A stretch of 64,000 nt of DNA from a bacterium (GTDB lineage: Bacteria > ARS69): assembly GCA_046330135.1 (NCBI GenBank), contig JAXLTI010000003.1, positions 387,913-451,912 on the forward strand. The letters are read 5' to 3'. The notes under the pieces are model-generated. The model saw nothing but the letters and a program-made list of their open reading frames with translations. It did not search any database and was not told the origin of the DNA. Below are positions 49,216-57,900 of this stretch, piece after piece. The position numbers and the translations under genes are program-made. Every line of letters begins with the position of its first letter. The first letter of the stretch is position 1.

Positions 49216-50253
49216 ATGTCGGTCAAGAAGTCCCTCGCCCTGGCCGGCGTACTCGCGTTGTTGGCTCTGCCGGCATACGCAGGCGACTACCATAAGGGCG
49301 TCAACCTGGTCTGCTCCGACTGCCACGTGATGCACTACAGCCAGCAGCACGGCTACAACCCGAACGGCGGCGGCATCTACACGCCGCTCGCGAACGGGCC
49401 GGTCACGTTCCTGCTGCGCAACGACGTGAACGACCTCTGCTTGAGCTGCCACGACGGGCAGTCCTTCGCGCCGGACGTCCTCGGGGCGCACGGCAACGGG
49501 TACATCCGTCAGGCCGGCGGGCTCAACGAAGTGGGCTCCACCGGTCCGTACTTCGAAGCGGACGGCCACACGCTCGGCTCCACGGATACGGCTCCGGGCA
49601 GCAACCCCGCCTGGAACAACGCCTCCGGCCTCGAGTGCGTGGATTGCCACGCTCCGCACGGCCGAACGAGCTCCGGCGTCACGAACGGCTACCGGAACCT
49701 CTACCCGAACAGCATCACGTACTCGCGCGGTGACGTGGACGGCAGCAATGACCTCACCAAGTGGGTTTACGAAGATGTGTCGTCGGGCGTGTCCGCGAGC
49801 CACTACGGCTACGACCACCTGACGTTCAACGAGCCCGTCACCACGGCCTCGCAGTACGCGACGTTCTGCAAGGGCTGCCACACGAACTTCCACGGCGACG
49901 TGGGCGGTCCGGAAATCGGCGGCTCGGGCACGCCTCCGATCGACTTCGTCCGTCACCCGGCCGCCACCGTCAACATCGGCGCGGCGGGCGCGGGTCACTC
50001 GAGCCTGACGCAGTTCGTCGGGCACACGAACCAGATGCAGGTCATGTCCCCCACCGGCAAGCGTGCCGGCACGTTCGACGCGACCGACACGGGTCTCACG
50101 CCGTCGTGCTTCTCCTGCCACAAGGGGCATGGCAACCAGAACGCGTTCGGGCTCATCTACCTGTCCGGCACGGGCACGGTCACGGAGGAAGGCGACGATC
50201 CGACGCCGACCTACCGCGAGATGTGCCGTCAGTGCCACACGATGGGCAGCTGA
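49216..50253 (+). CDS. Secreted hexahaem cytochrome c, OmcS-like (family call from memory-based alignment)
   Basis: RBS gatggagg. Signal ...LALPAYA. Six CxxCH: CSDCH, CLSCH, CVDCH, CKGCH, CFSCH, CRQCH. The contexts are collinear with G. sulfurreducens OmcS as I recall it. Ours YHKGVNLVCSDCHVMHYS matches OmcS FHSGGVAECEGCHTMHNS. Ours FCKGCHTNFH...RHPA matches OmcS WCANCHTDIH...RHPA. The last haem lies within the final ~10 residues. The protein is rich in Gly, Thr, Ser and Asn and is loop-rich. Confidence 0.8.
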   Translation: MSVKKSLALAGVLALLALPAYAGDYHKGVNLVCSDCHVMHYSQQHGYNPNGGGIYTPLANGPVTFLLRNDVNDLCLSCHDGQSFAPDVLGAHGNGYIRQAGGLNEVGSTGPYFEADGHTLGSTDTAPGSNPAWNNASGLECVDCHAPHGRTSSGVTNGYRNLYPNSITYSRGDVDGSNDLTKWVYEDVSSGVSASHYGYDHLTFNEPVTTASQYATFCKGCHTNFHGDVGGPEIGGSGTPPIDFVRHPAATVNIGAAGAGHSSLTQFVGHTNQMQVMSPTGKRAGTFDATDTGLTPSCFSCHKGHGNQNAFGLIYLSGTGTVTEEGDDPTPTYREMCRQCHTMGS

Positions 50254-50279
50254 TCGCGTAGTCTGACCGACTCCGTCTC

Positions 50280-50309
50280 GGGCCCGGCGAACCGGCCTCC
50301 GCCGGGCCC
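50280..50309 (+). promoter_or_regulatory. Strong intercistronic stem-loop after the OmcS-like gene (no U-tract)
   Basis: gggcccggcg-aaccggcctc-cgccgggccc: a perfect 10-bp GC stem, 27 nt after the stop, inside a 112-bp gap within an otherwise tightly packed operon. Confidence 0.4.
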
Positions 50310-50365
50310 TGACGGGGCTCCTCTCCGCGACCCGAGTCGTCCCCGAGGCCGCTAGGGACGTCCGC

Positions 50366-51517
50366 GTGAGAAGTCGAGTGGTGGTGGCGGTGGCGGCGGG
50401 CTGCGCCCTCGTGCCGGCAGTGCCGTCCAGCGATCCCCTTCCGGACCCGCACGGCGATGCGTCCTCCGGCGTGCTGCGCGAAGCGACGCAGCCGTCCACG
50501 CAGGGCGCCTGCGTCCAGTGCCATCCCGCGCACGGCGTCGACGCCGGCACGGCGAAGCCCATCCTCCTCTTCACCGACAACACGAACGAGCTCGCGTTCT
50601 TCTCTCAGGGCGCCGCCGCTTGCCACGCGAACCTGCCGCTGAACTACCCGCTCGCCGAGAGCGACCGCCTCCCCGAAGGACAGCCGGACGCCGGCTACTT
50701 CGAGGCGAACGACGGAGGCACTCGGCGCGTCGGCGTCGAGTGGCGCGGGCGCTGGCCCGGCCGCCAGACGTACACGGACGGTCGCGTCGTCGGGAACGGG
50801 CACTTCGTGTCGCCGCACGCGCTCGACCCCGACATGCCGCGCAAGGATCTCCTGGGCGAAGGGCTCTGCTTCAACTGCCACGATCCGCACCCCACGCAGA
50901 ACCCCTTCGATCTCCTCGTCCACGAGTACCGATCGATCGGCGGCGCCTCCTCCCTGGGTCCGCCCCAGGAGTACGAGCTGTGCTTCTCGTGCCACGGCCA
51001 CGGCGGCCCGGCGGGGATGGATGTGGAGAACACGCGCATCGAGGACTTCTACGACAACTCCCTCAACGGACTGACGGCGGGGCACGCCATCCGTCGCAAC
51101 CCGAACGTCGCGATCTCGTGGCCGAGCTCCGTGCGGCAGGGCGACATGCTGTCCTGCTCGGACTGTCACGACGCGCACGGCTCCCGCGGGAACGACGGCG
51201 TGAGCCCCAACGCCTTCGTGCTGAGCGACGAGCGAACGGGCTGGAGCGGGCTCACCGACACGCAAAACGACCCCACGCAGTGCCGCCGCTTCTGCTTCGG
51301 CTGCCACATCCCTTCGGACGGTATCGCCGGGACCCAGACGGTGCGCGGCATCGTGATGAACACCCTGACCGACCAGGCCGGCGTGCACGCCTCCACGAAC
51401 GGCCAGAGCTGCTACGACTGCCACGGGCGGGACTACGGATCGGCCACCGGCTTCAACGTCCACCACCCGGATCCCGCCGGCGGAGTCCCCGACCCGTTCG
51501 GCCGGCAGCGGGGCTGA
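50366..51517 (+). CDS. Hexahaem cytochrome c, probable lipoprotein
   Basis: GTG start. MRSRVVVAVAAGC carries a short signal and a possible lipobox. Six CxxCH: CVQCH, CFNCH, CFSCH, CSDCH, CFGCH, CYDCH. Confidence 0.8.
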   Translation: MRSRVVVAVAAGCALVPAVPSSDPLPDPHGDASSGVLREATQPSTQGACVQCHPAHGVDAGTAKPILLFTDNTNELAFFSQGAAACHANLPLNYPLAESDRLPEGQPDAGYFEANDGGTRRVGVEWRGRWPGRQTYTDGRVVGNGHFVSPHALDPDMPRKDLLGEGLCFNCHDPHPTQNPFDLLVHEYRSIGGASSLGPPQEYELCFSCHGHGGPAGMDVENTRIEDFYDNSLNGLTAGHAIRRNPNVAISWPSSVRQGDMLSCSDCHDAHGSRGNDGVSPNAFVLSDERTGWSGLTDTQNDPTQCRRFCFGCHIPSDGIAGTQTVRGIVMNTLTDQAGVHASTNGQSCYDCHGRDYGSATGFNVHHPDPAGGVPDPFGRQRG

Positions 51518-51523
51518 TCGATC

Positions 51524-53146
51524 ATGCGGGGTGCGCGCCACGCCCGCTCCTGGCGGCGTTCGAGCCCTTGGGCGCTCGGCGGGATCCTCGGCGCACTCGC
51601 GCTCGCGAGCCCCGCGGTGGCGATCGACGGCCGCTACCTGGGCACGTACCAGGAGACGAACGGAGGCGACGACTTCCGCGCGTTCGAGCACCGCACCGAC
51701 CTCGAGGGCCGACGTCTCCTCGCCCCCGGCGTGGACGGCCTGTTCGGGGCGTCGCTCCGCTACACGACCGAGCCCGGGGTGGACAACGCCGACCTGCTCC
51801 GCAGCCGTCTCTTCGGCGAGGCGCGCGGAGCGGCCTGGCGGTTCCACGGACAGTGGCTGCCCTGGCAGGACCAAGCGCCCGGCCCCACGCCGCCGCGCCA
51901 GCGGGAGCTGGAGCTCGGAGGCGACGCTCGGCTGCTCGGGGGAGCGAACCTGGCTGCGGATTGGACGCGATCCGACCACGACTTCGTCGAAGGCGTCTCC
52001 TCCTCGGACAGCAAGCGGATCCAGGTCGCGCGCGAGTGGAACGACGTCCGGACGAGCGCCTCGTGGCGGCGCATCGAGACGGAGCCGTCCGCGTTCTCGA
52101 TCGCGGCACCCACGAGGACCACCGAGTGGCGTGGAGCGGCCGGGTGGCAGCGATCCTCGCGCACGGTCTCCCTCTCCCTCGACTCGGACGCGCTCATGAG
52201 CCGTTACACCGAACGCGAGCGGAAGCGAGACTTCCACGCGGAGACCGTGGAGAGCGAGGCCGGCTGGCGCATCGGGCGTCGCACCTCCGTGGGCGCGTCG
52301 GGGCTCTTCCGCACCGGAGCGACGGACGACAACGCCCTTCCCTCCATCCAGGACCTCGACGAGCGCGCGGTCTCCCTCCACGCCGAGCACCATCCCTTCC
52401 AGTGCCTCGTCTTCGAGGGCAGCCGGGAGTACCGCAAGCGCCAGGACTTCAACGGCGACGTGCACACGGACTACTTCCGGCTCGGAACCCGCTTCTCGCG
52501 AGAGGTCGTCCGCGCGACGACGCTCCTGTCGGGCTACCAGCATTCCGTGGAGGTCGGCGGGAACGGCGACGAGGTTCCGAACAACGACGCTTGGGTGACC
52601 CTCGAGTCCCGGGTCCGGCGGGGCGTCGTCGCCCGCGCCGACGTGCGCACGCAGGACCCGCCCGCCGGCGACGAGAACCGTCTTTGGCGGTACCTCGGCC
52701 AGGTGACGCTGGATCCCACACCCAACACGAAGCTCGACGTCGCGTGGACCCGCCAGGTCCTGCCCCGGATCGACGGCCTCGCCCAGCACGACGGCGACTG
52801 GACCTTCACGGGGTCCTGGAATCCGGGCCGGGCGAGCCTCGTGTCGTCGTTGCGCGTTCTCCGCGGGGTTGGCAGAATCGACCGCTCGGAAAAGACCTGG
52901 ACGCTCGCCACCAGCGTCCCTCTCCCTCGTGGAGGCGACGTGCATTTCGACGCTCTCCACCGCGACAACGAGTCCGCCGGCATCGCCAGCGTGGAGAACA
53001 CGTGGGGCGTGGCCATGACCGCGCAGTTGCCGCAGGAGGCGCGTTTGATGGGTGCGTTTCGTCGCACCGCGAGGACCGATCGGCCGCGCGTTCTCAGCGG
53101 CACGGTCACATTGGAGCTCAAATTCGGAATGGGAGGACGGTCATGA
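51524..53146 (+). CDS. Putative outer-membrane beta-barrel (porin-like) protein
   Basis: 540 aa with signal ...LALASPAVA and no Cys-haem motifs. Long runs of alternating polar and aromatic residues are punctuated by G/D/N turns (e.g. AWRFHGQWLPW, TEWRGAAGWQRSS, TKLDVAWTRQV, DWTFTGSWNPG). It ends ...TVTLELKFGMGGRS. Confidence 0.6.
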   Translation: MRGARHARSWRRSSPWALGGILGALALASPAVAIDGRYLGTYQETNGGDDFRAFEHRTDLEGRRLLAPGVDGLFGASLRYTTEPGVDNADLLRSRLFGEARGAAWRFHGQWLPWQDQAPGPTPPRQRELELGGDARLLGGANLAADWTRSDHDFVEGVSSSDSKRIQVAREWNDVRTSASWRRIETEPSAFSIAAPTRTTEWRGAAGWQRSSRTVSLSLDSDALMSRYTERERKRDFHAETVESEAGWRIGRRTSVGASGLFRTGATDDNALPSIQDLDERAVSLHAEHHPFQCLVFEGSREYRKRQDFNGDVHTDYFRLGTRFSREVVRATTLLSGYQHSVEVGGNGDEVPNNDAWVTLESRVRRGVVARADVRTQDPPAGDENRLWRYLGQVTLDPTPNTKLDVAWTRQVLPRIDGLAQHDGDWTFTGSWNPGRASLVSSLRVLRGVGRIDRSEKTWTLATSVPLPRGGDVHFDALHRDNESAGIASVENTWGVAMTAQLPQEARLMGAFRRTARTDRPRVLSGTVTLELKFGMGGRS

Positions 53147-53715
53147 CGCAGCCACGCCGAAGGGGGTTCTTGGTGGCGCTCGGCACGATCGTCCTCGGCG
53201 GCTGCGCCAGCCCCGCGAAGTTCCTCGATCCCCAGGCGGACCTGGGCTACTACGAGCGCGTGGCCGTCCTCCCCTTCTCGTCCCTGGCGGCCGACCGCGT
53301 GGCGGGCGACAAGGTCGCCAGCGTCTTCTTCACCGAGCTCCTCGAGTCCCACGTTGCGGCGGCGGTCGATCCCGGCCAGCTCGCTGCGGCCATGGTGCAG
53401 GCGCGCGGCGGCACGCCTCCCACGACCCCTTGGTCGGCGGCGGAGCTCGCGAAGCTCGCGGAGTCGGTGAAGGCGCAGGGCATGTTCGAGGGCGTCGTGC
53501 GCGAGTACTCCCTCGAGCGGTCCGGGCGGGACTCCTTCCCCCTGGTCTCGCTCGAGCTGCGCCTCGTCGACCCGGGAAGCGGCCGGGTGATCTGGACCTG
53601 GAGCGACACGCGACGCGGCGGGCCGGCGTTCCCCCTGTGGCCGTGGCGCGAGACTCGAACCCTGGGCGAGCTCACCGCGGACATGTGCCGCGACGCGCTC
53701 GCGACGTTGCGTTGA
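53143..53715 (+). CDS. Lipoprotein, LpoB/CsgG/TolB-N-like fold candidate (paralog 1)
   Basis: The ATG overlaps the upstream stop (ATGA). Lipobox IVLGGC. YYERVAVLPFSSLA is followed by the amphipathic ...VASVFFTELLES. Confidence 0.6.
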   Translation: MTQPRRRGFLVALGTIVLGGCASPAKFLDPQADLGYYERVAVLPFSSLAADRVAGDKVASVFFTELLESHVAAAVDPGQLAAAMVQARGGTPPTTPWSAAELAKLAESVKAQGMFEGVVREYSLERSGRDSFPLVSLELRLVDPGSGRVIWTWSDTRRGGPAFPLWPWRETRTLGELTADMCRDALATLR

Positions 53716-53726
53716 GGGGGGCCGAC

Positions 53727-54353
53727 GTGGCGCGGTGGAGCATCCTCGTGGGGCTCGCGATCTCGGGCGCGACGGCCGGCTGCGCCAGCCCCGTGCCGCA
53801 CGCCTTCGAGGGACCGGGGCTGCCGGAAGGCGCCCGCGTGGCCATCCTCCCGCTCGTCAACTACACCACCAGCCGCGACGCCCCGGATCGGGTCACGCCC
53901 GCGCTCGGCGTCGCTCTGCGGACGCGCAAGCACCTCGACGTGGTGGACCCGGGCATCGTGGAGCAGGCGCTCGCCACGAACCCGTGGCTCTCGCCCGAGC
54001 GGATGCCTCCGGACGTCGTGGACAGCCTCGGCGTCGCCACCGGGGCGAACGCGCTCCTCGTGGGGAGTGTGCTCGCGTACGGGTACCGCGCGGGCGAGGC
54101 GCCGCAGGTTCCGGAGGTCTCGTTCGCCGTGAAGGTCGTGGAGACGCCGGGCGGCCGATGCCTCTGGAGCGCCGTGTTCTCGCGCGACGGCGCGGACCGC
54201 GAGCGCGTCTTCGGCATCGGCCGGATCGAGAGCCTCGAGAAGCTCGCCGACGAGGCCATCACGGAGCTCGTCGATACCCTCCCCGTGAGGTCGCGCACCG
54301 CCGCCGACGTCGCGGCGCCGACAGCCACCCCTGCGGAAGGAACGTCCCGATGA
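53727..54353 (+). CDS. Lipoprotein, LpoB/CsgG/TolB-N-like fold candidate (paralog 2)
   Basis: GTG 53727 follows gagggggg. Lipobox ATAGC. ARVAILPLVNYTTSRDAPDRVTPALGVAL and ...ALLVGSVLAYGY are present. It has the same architecture as the preceding gene. Confidence 0.6.
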   Translation: MARWSILVGLAISGATAGCASPVPHAFEGPGLPEGARVAILPLVNYTTSRDAPDRVTPALGVALRTRKHLDVVDPGIVEQALATNPWLSPERMPPDVVDSLGVATGANALLVGSVLAYGYRAGEAPQVPEVSFAVKVVETPGGRCLWSAVFSRDGADRERVFGIGRIESLEKLADEAITELVDTLPVRSRTAADVAAPTATPAEGTSR

Positions 54354-54964
54354 AGCGCGCCCGCCTCGCCACGCTCGCCGCCCTGTCGGCACTCGTCGCC
54401 GCCGCCGCCCTGGCGGGGCCGAGCGCGGATTCCGCCCCCTCGCCTCCGGACTCCACGAAGGTCGCGGGCTCCCCACCTGCCGCGCCGTCCACGACCCCGT
54501 CGTCTGCGGGCCCGTCGTCCGCGACCGCTGCGTCCACGGGCCCCTTTCGCGTTCGCATCGGGAGCCGGCTCTATCCGGACTGGTCCGAGGAGCGCGTGAT
54601 CGGCCTCGACGAGCCGTTCTATCTGGGGGACACGGACCTCAGGGCAACGGCGAAGCGGCACCTCCAGGACTTCAAGATCAAGAACGGCGTGGTGTACGAG
54701 GCCTCGAAGGAGCCGAACAACCCGGCGCTCTTCATCGTCGTGACTCGCGACACCTCCATCGTGGACAGCACCTGGGCTTTCCGGAACTTCCCGCCTCATG
54801 CGTCGCCCACGTCGTTCTTCACCTTCCAGCTCCTGGACCTCGCGGACTCCTCCAAAGCCACGAGCCGAGCCGCGCCGTCCGGGTCGGGCGCCGGGAAGGC
54901 CAAGGCGAAGCACCCGCACGCCGTCGCGGACTCCGCGAAGGCGAAGAAGGGCGAGGGGAGCTGA
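54350..54964 (+). CDS. Secreted protein of unknown function (low-complexity N-terminus, ~110-aa globular core, Lys/Ala-rich tail)
   Basis: The ATG overlaps the upstream stop (ATGA). Signal MKRARLATLAALSALVAAAALA. I recognise no family. Confidence 0.55.
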   Translation: MKRARLATLAALSALVAAAALAGPSADSAPSPPDSTKVAGSPPAAPSTTPSSAGPSSATAASTGPFRVRIGSRLYPDWSEERVIGLDEPFYLGDTDLRATAKRHLQDFKIKNGVVYEASKEPNNPALFIVVTRDTSIVDSTWAFRNFPPHASPTSFFTFQLLDLADSSKATSRAAPSGSGAGKAKAKHPHAVADSAKAKKGEGS

Positions 54965-54965
54965 C

Positions 54966-57900
54966 GTGACACGCTCGCGGGTCGTCGCTCTCGGTCTCGT
55001 CGTCGCGGCGGTCGCGACGTGGCTCGCCTTCACGCTGGGCGACCGCCCGGCGCTCGCCGCCCCGGAGCAGCCGCGGGCCCGCCCGTGCTACGACTGCCAC
55101 CAGCCGGCGAAGCAGAAGTTCGAGAAGGCGTCCTTCGTCCACGCGCCCGTGGCGAAGCAGGACTGCGAGGCGTGTCACAAGCGGCACGGCTTCGCACAGT
55201 CCCTGGTGCTGGCGCGCGACTTCCCCGCGCTGTGCGTGGAGTGCCACAAGGACGTCGTGAAGTCGCCCACCGCGGGCTCCTCGCACCTGGACATCAAGGG
55301 CACGAACTGCATCTCGTGCCACGACCCGCACGCTTCGAACACGAAGGGGCTGCTGCGCGGGACGCTCATCGAGACGTGCGCGTCTTGCCATCCGCGCCTC
55401 GCCGTGTCCGTCGAGTCCAGGAAGCCGCACGCGCCCTTCAAGGAAGGTCGCTGCGAAGCGTGCCATTCGTTCCACGACGCGGCCAAGCCGGGCCTCTTGA
55501 TCGCGGACGAGAAGGAGTTGTGCGCCCGCTGCCACGGAGACGCATCGAAGTTGCCGGATCTTCATGCGCGACCGGAGGTGGCGGGCGCCGCCTGCACGTC
55601 TTGCCACGATCCCCACGGCGAGCCGCCGGCCGAGCGCGGGCAGTTCATCCACCAGCCGTACGCGGCCGCGAAGTGCGACGCGTGCCATACGAAGCTGCCC
55701 GGCGACCCCGCGGCCCTGGTCGCTCCGGCGGAGCAGCTCTGCCTCACCTGCCACACGAAGACCAAGACGGATCTCACGAAGAGCACCACCCATCCACCCG
55801 CGGCGCAGGGGAAGTGTCTCCAGTGCCACGATCCGCACCGCTCCGATCTGCCGCGCCTCGTGCGCGGGAAGGCGGACGAGCTGTGCGGCGTCTGCCACGC
55901 TCCGCAGCGCGAGCAGATGAAGCTCGCGAGCGTTCATGCGCCGTTCGCCATCCAGGACTGCACGGCCTGCCACAACCCCCACGCGAGCGACCAGGCGAAG
56001 CTCCTGCAGAAGCCCCCCGAGGCGCTGTGCCGGGAGTGTCATCAGGCCGTGGTGGCCGCCGCGGACTCCGCCGCCGTTCCGCACCCCGCGATGGACGGGG
56101 ACTGCCTTGCGTGCCACGCGCCGCACGCGTCGAAGCGCGAGCCGCTGCTCGCAGGACCGCCGGACTCGCTCTGCTTCTCGTGCCACGAGGAAGTCGAGGC
56201 GGAGCGCTCCCGCCCCGTCGTTCACGAGCCGTTCCAGGGCGGCGAGTGCGTCTCCTGCCACGCCCCGCACGGCTCCGCGCACGCCGCGATCCTCCGCGAG
56301 GAGGACCCGAAGCTCTGCCTCCAGTGCCACCGCGCGCAGGCGGACGACCGCCGCAAGGCGAACGTCCACAAGCCGTTCGCGGAGGAGCGCTGCGAGAAGT
56401 GCCATGCGCCGCACGCGTCGGCCACGCCGGCGCTCCTCGTGAAGCCGCAGGGGGAGCTCTGCGCCCAGTGCCACGCCGCCGTCGCCACGGCACAGCCCGC
56501 GGCGGAGCTCCATCCGCCGGTCGCGAAGGGCCAGTGCAGCGCGTGCCATTCCCCGCACGCCTCCGACAGCGCGGGTCCGCTCCTCAAGACGCAGCCCCCG
56601 GATCTCTGCTGGAGCTGCCACTCGGATCTTCGCGACCGCCTGGAGGGCGCGAAGGTCCACAAGCCGGTCGCCGAAGGGCAGTGCAACACCTGCCACGACG
56701 GCCACCACGTCCGCGGCCCCGACGGGAAGGTCGCGCTCCTCAAGACGTGCACGTCGTGTCACGACCCGGCATCGGAGAAGCTGCGCGCGGCGCACGACGA
56801 CTTCCGCCCCGACGATGCGGCCTGCCTCTCGTGTCACGATCCCCACGGATCGACCGAGAAGGGGCTGCTGCGCCCCGTGCGCCACGAGCCGTTCGGCAAG
56901 GGCTCCTGCACCACGTGCCACGAGCCGCCGGCGCCCGGACGCAAGCCCGTGCTCGTGGAGCAGGTGCCCGCCCTCTGCGAGACGTGTCACGACCCGATCA
57001 AGGCCGGCCCGGGCCGGGAGCTTCACCCTCCCGTGGAGGCCGGGGAGTGCGTGGACTGCCACGCGCCGCACACGGCGTCGGCGCCTTATCTGGCGAAGGC
57101 GGAAGGGAAGGCGCTCTGCCTCACCTGCCACGACGACCCCACGGCGGGCCCCGACAGCACGCTCGTGCACGCGCCCGCACGGGCGGGGCTTTGCCTCACG
57201 TGCCATGGCGCGCACGAAGGCACCTCGCCCGGACTCCTGAAGACGGGCGGCGTGGCGCTGTGCGCATCCTGTCACGCCGACGTGGCGAAGCGCGCGCAGG
57301 GGCCGAACGCGCACGCTCCGGCCCGCGAGGGCCGTTGCACGGAGTGTCACGACCCGCATCAGGGCAAGCAGCGCGGGCTCCTCAAGGCGGCCATGCCGGA
57401 GCTCTGCGTGCGCTGCCACGACCTGACGAAGCCGGCCATCGTCGCCGCCCACGGCGGACGCCCGGTCACGGGCGGGCACTGCATCGATTGCCACGACCCG
57501 CACGGAACCGGAAAGAAGGGGCTCGTCTACCCGAGCGCGCACCAGCCCTACGCCCAGGGCAAGTGCGACTCCTGCCACAATCCGGGCTCCAATACGCTGA
57601 AGGCGGAAGGGGCGGCGCTCTGCGTGACCTGTCACGGCGACCACGCCGGCGACGCCACGCTGGCCGCGCCGCACGCCGCGGTCACTCAGGGGAGCGCTTG
57701 CCTCTCCTGCCACAGCCCGCATGCCGGGAGGACCGCGACGCTGCTGCGCCGGGACAGCCCTGCCGCGATGTGCTTCGCGTGCCACGACCGGTCGAAGTTC
57801 GAAGGCAAGGTCCGGCACAAGGTCGTCGACGACTGCACGACCTGCCACGCGCCGCACGGGAGCGCCAACGAGGGCCTGCTCCTCGAGCCGCAGGCGGAGC

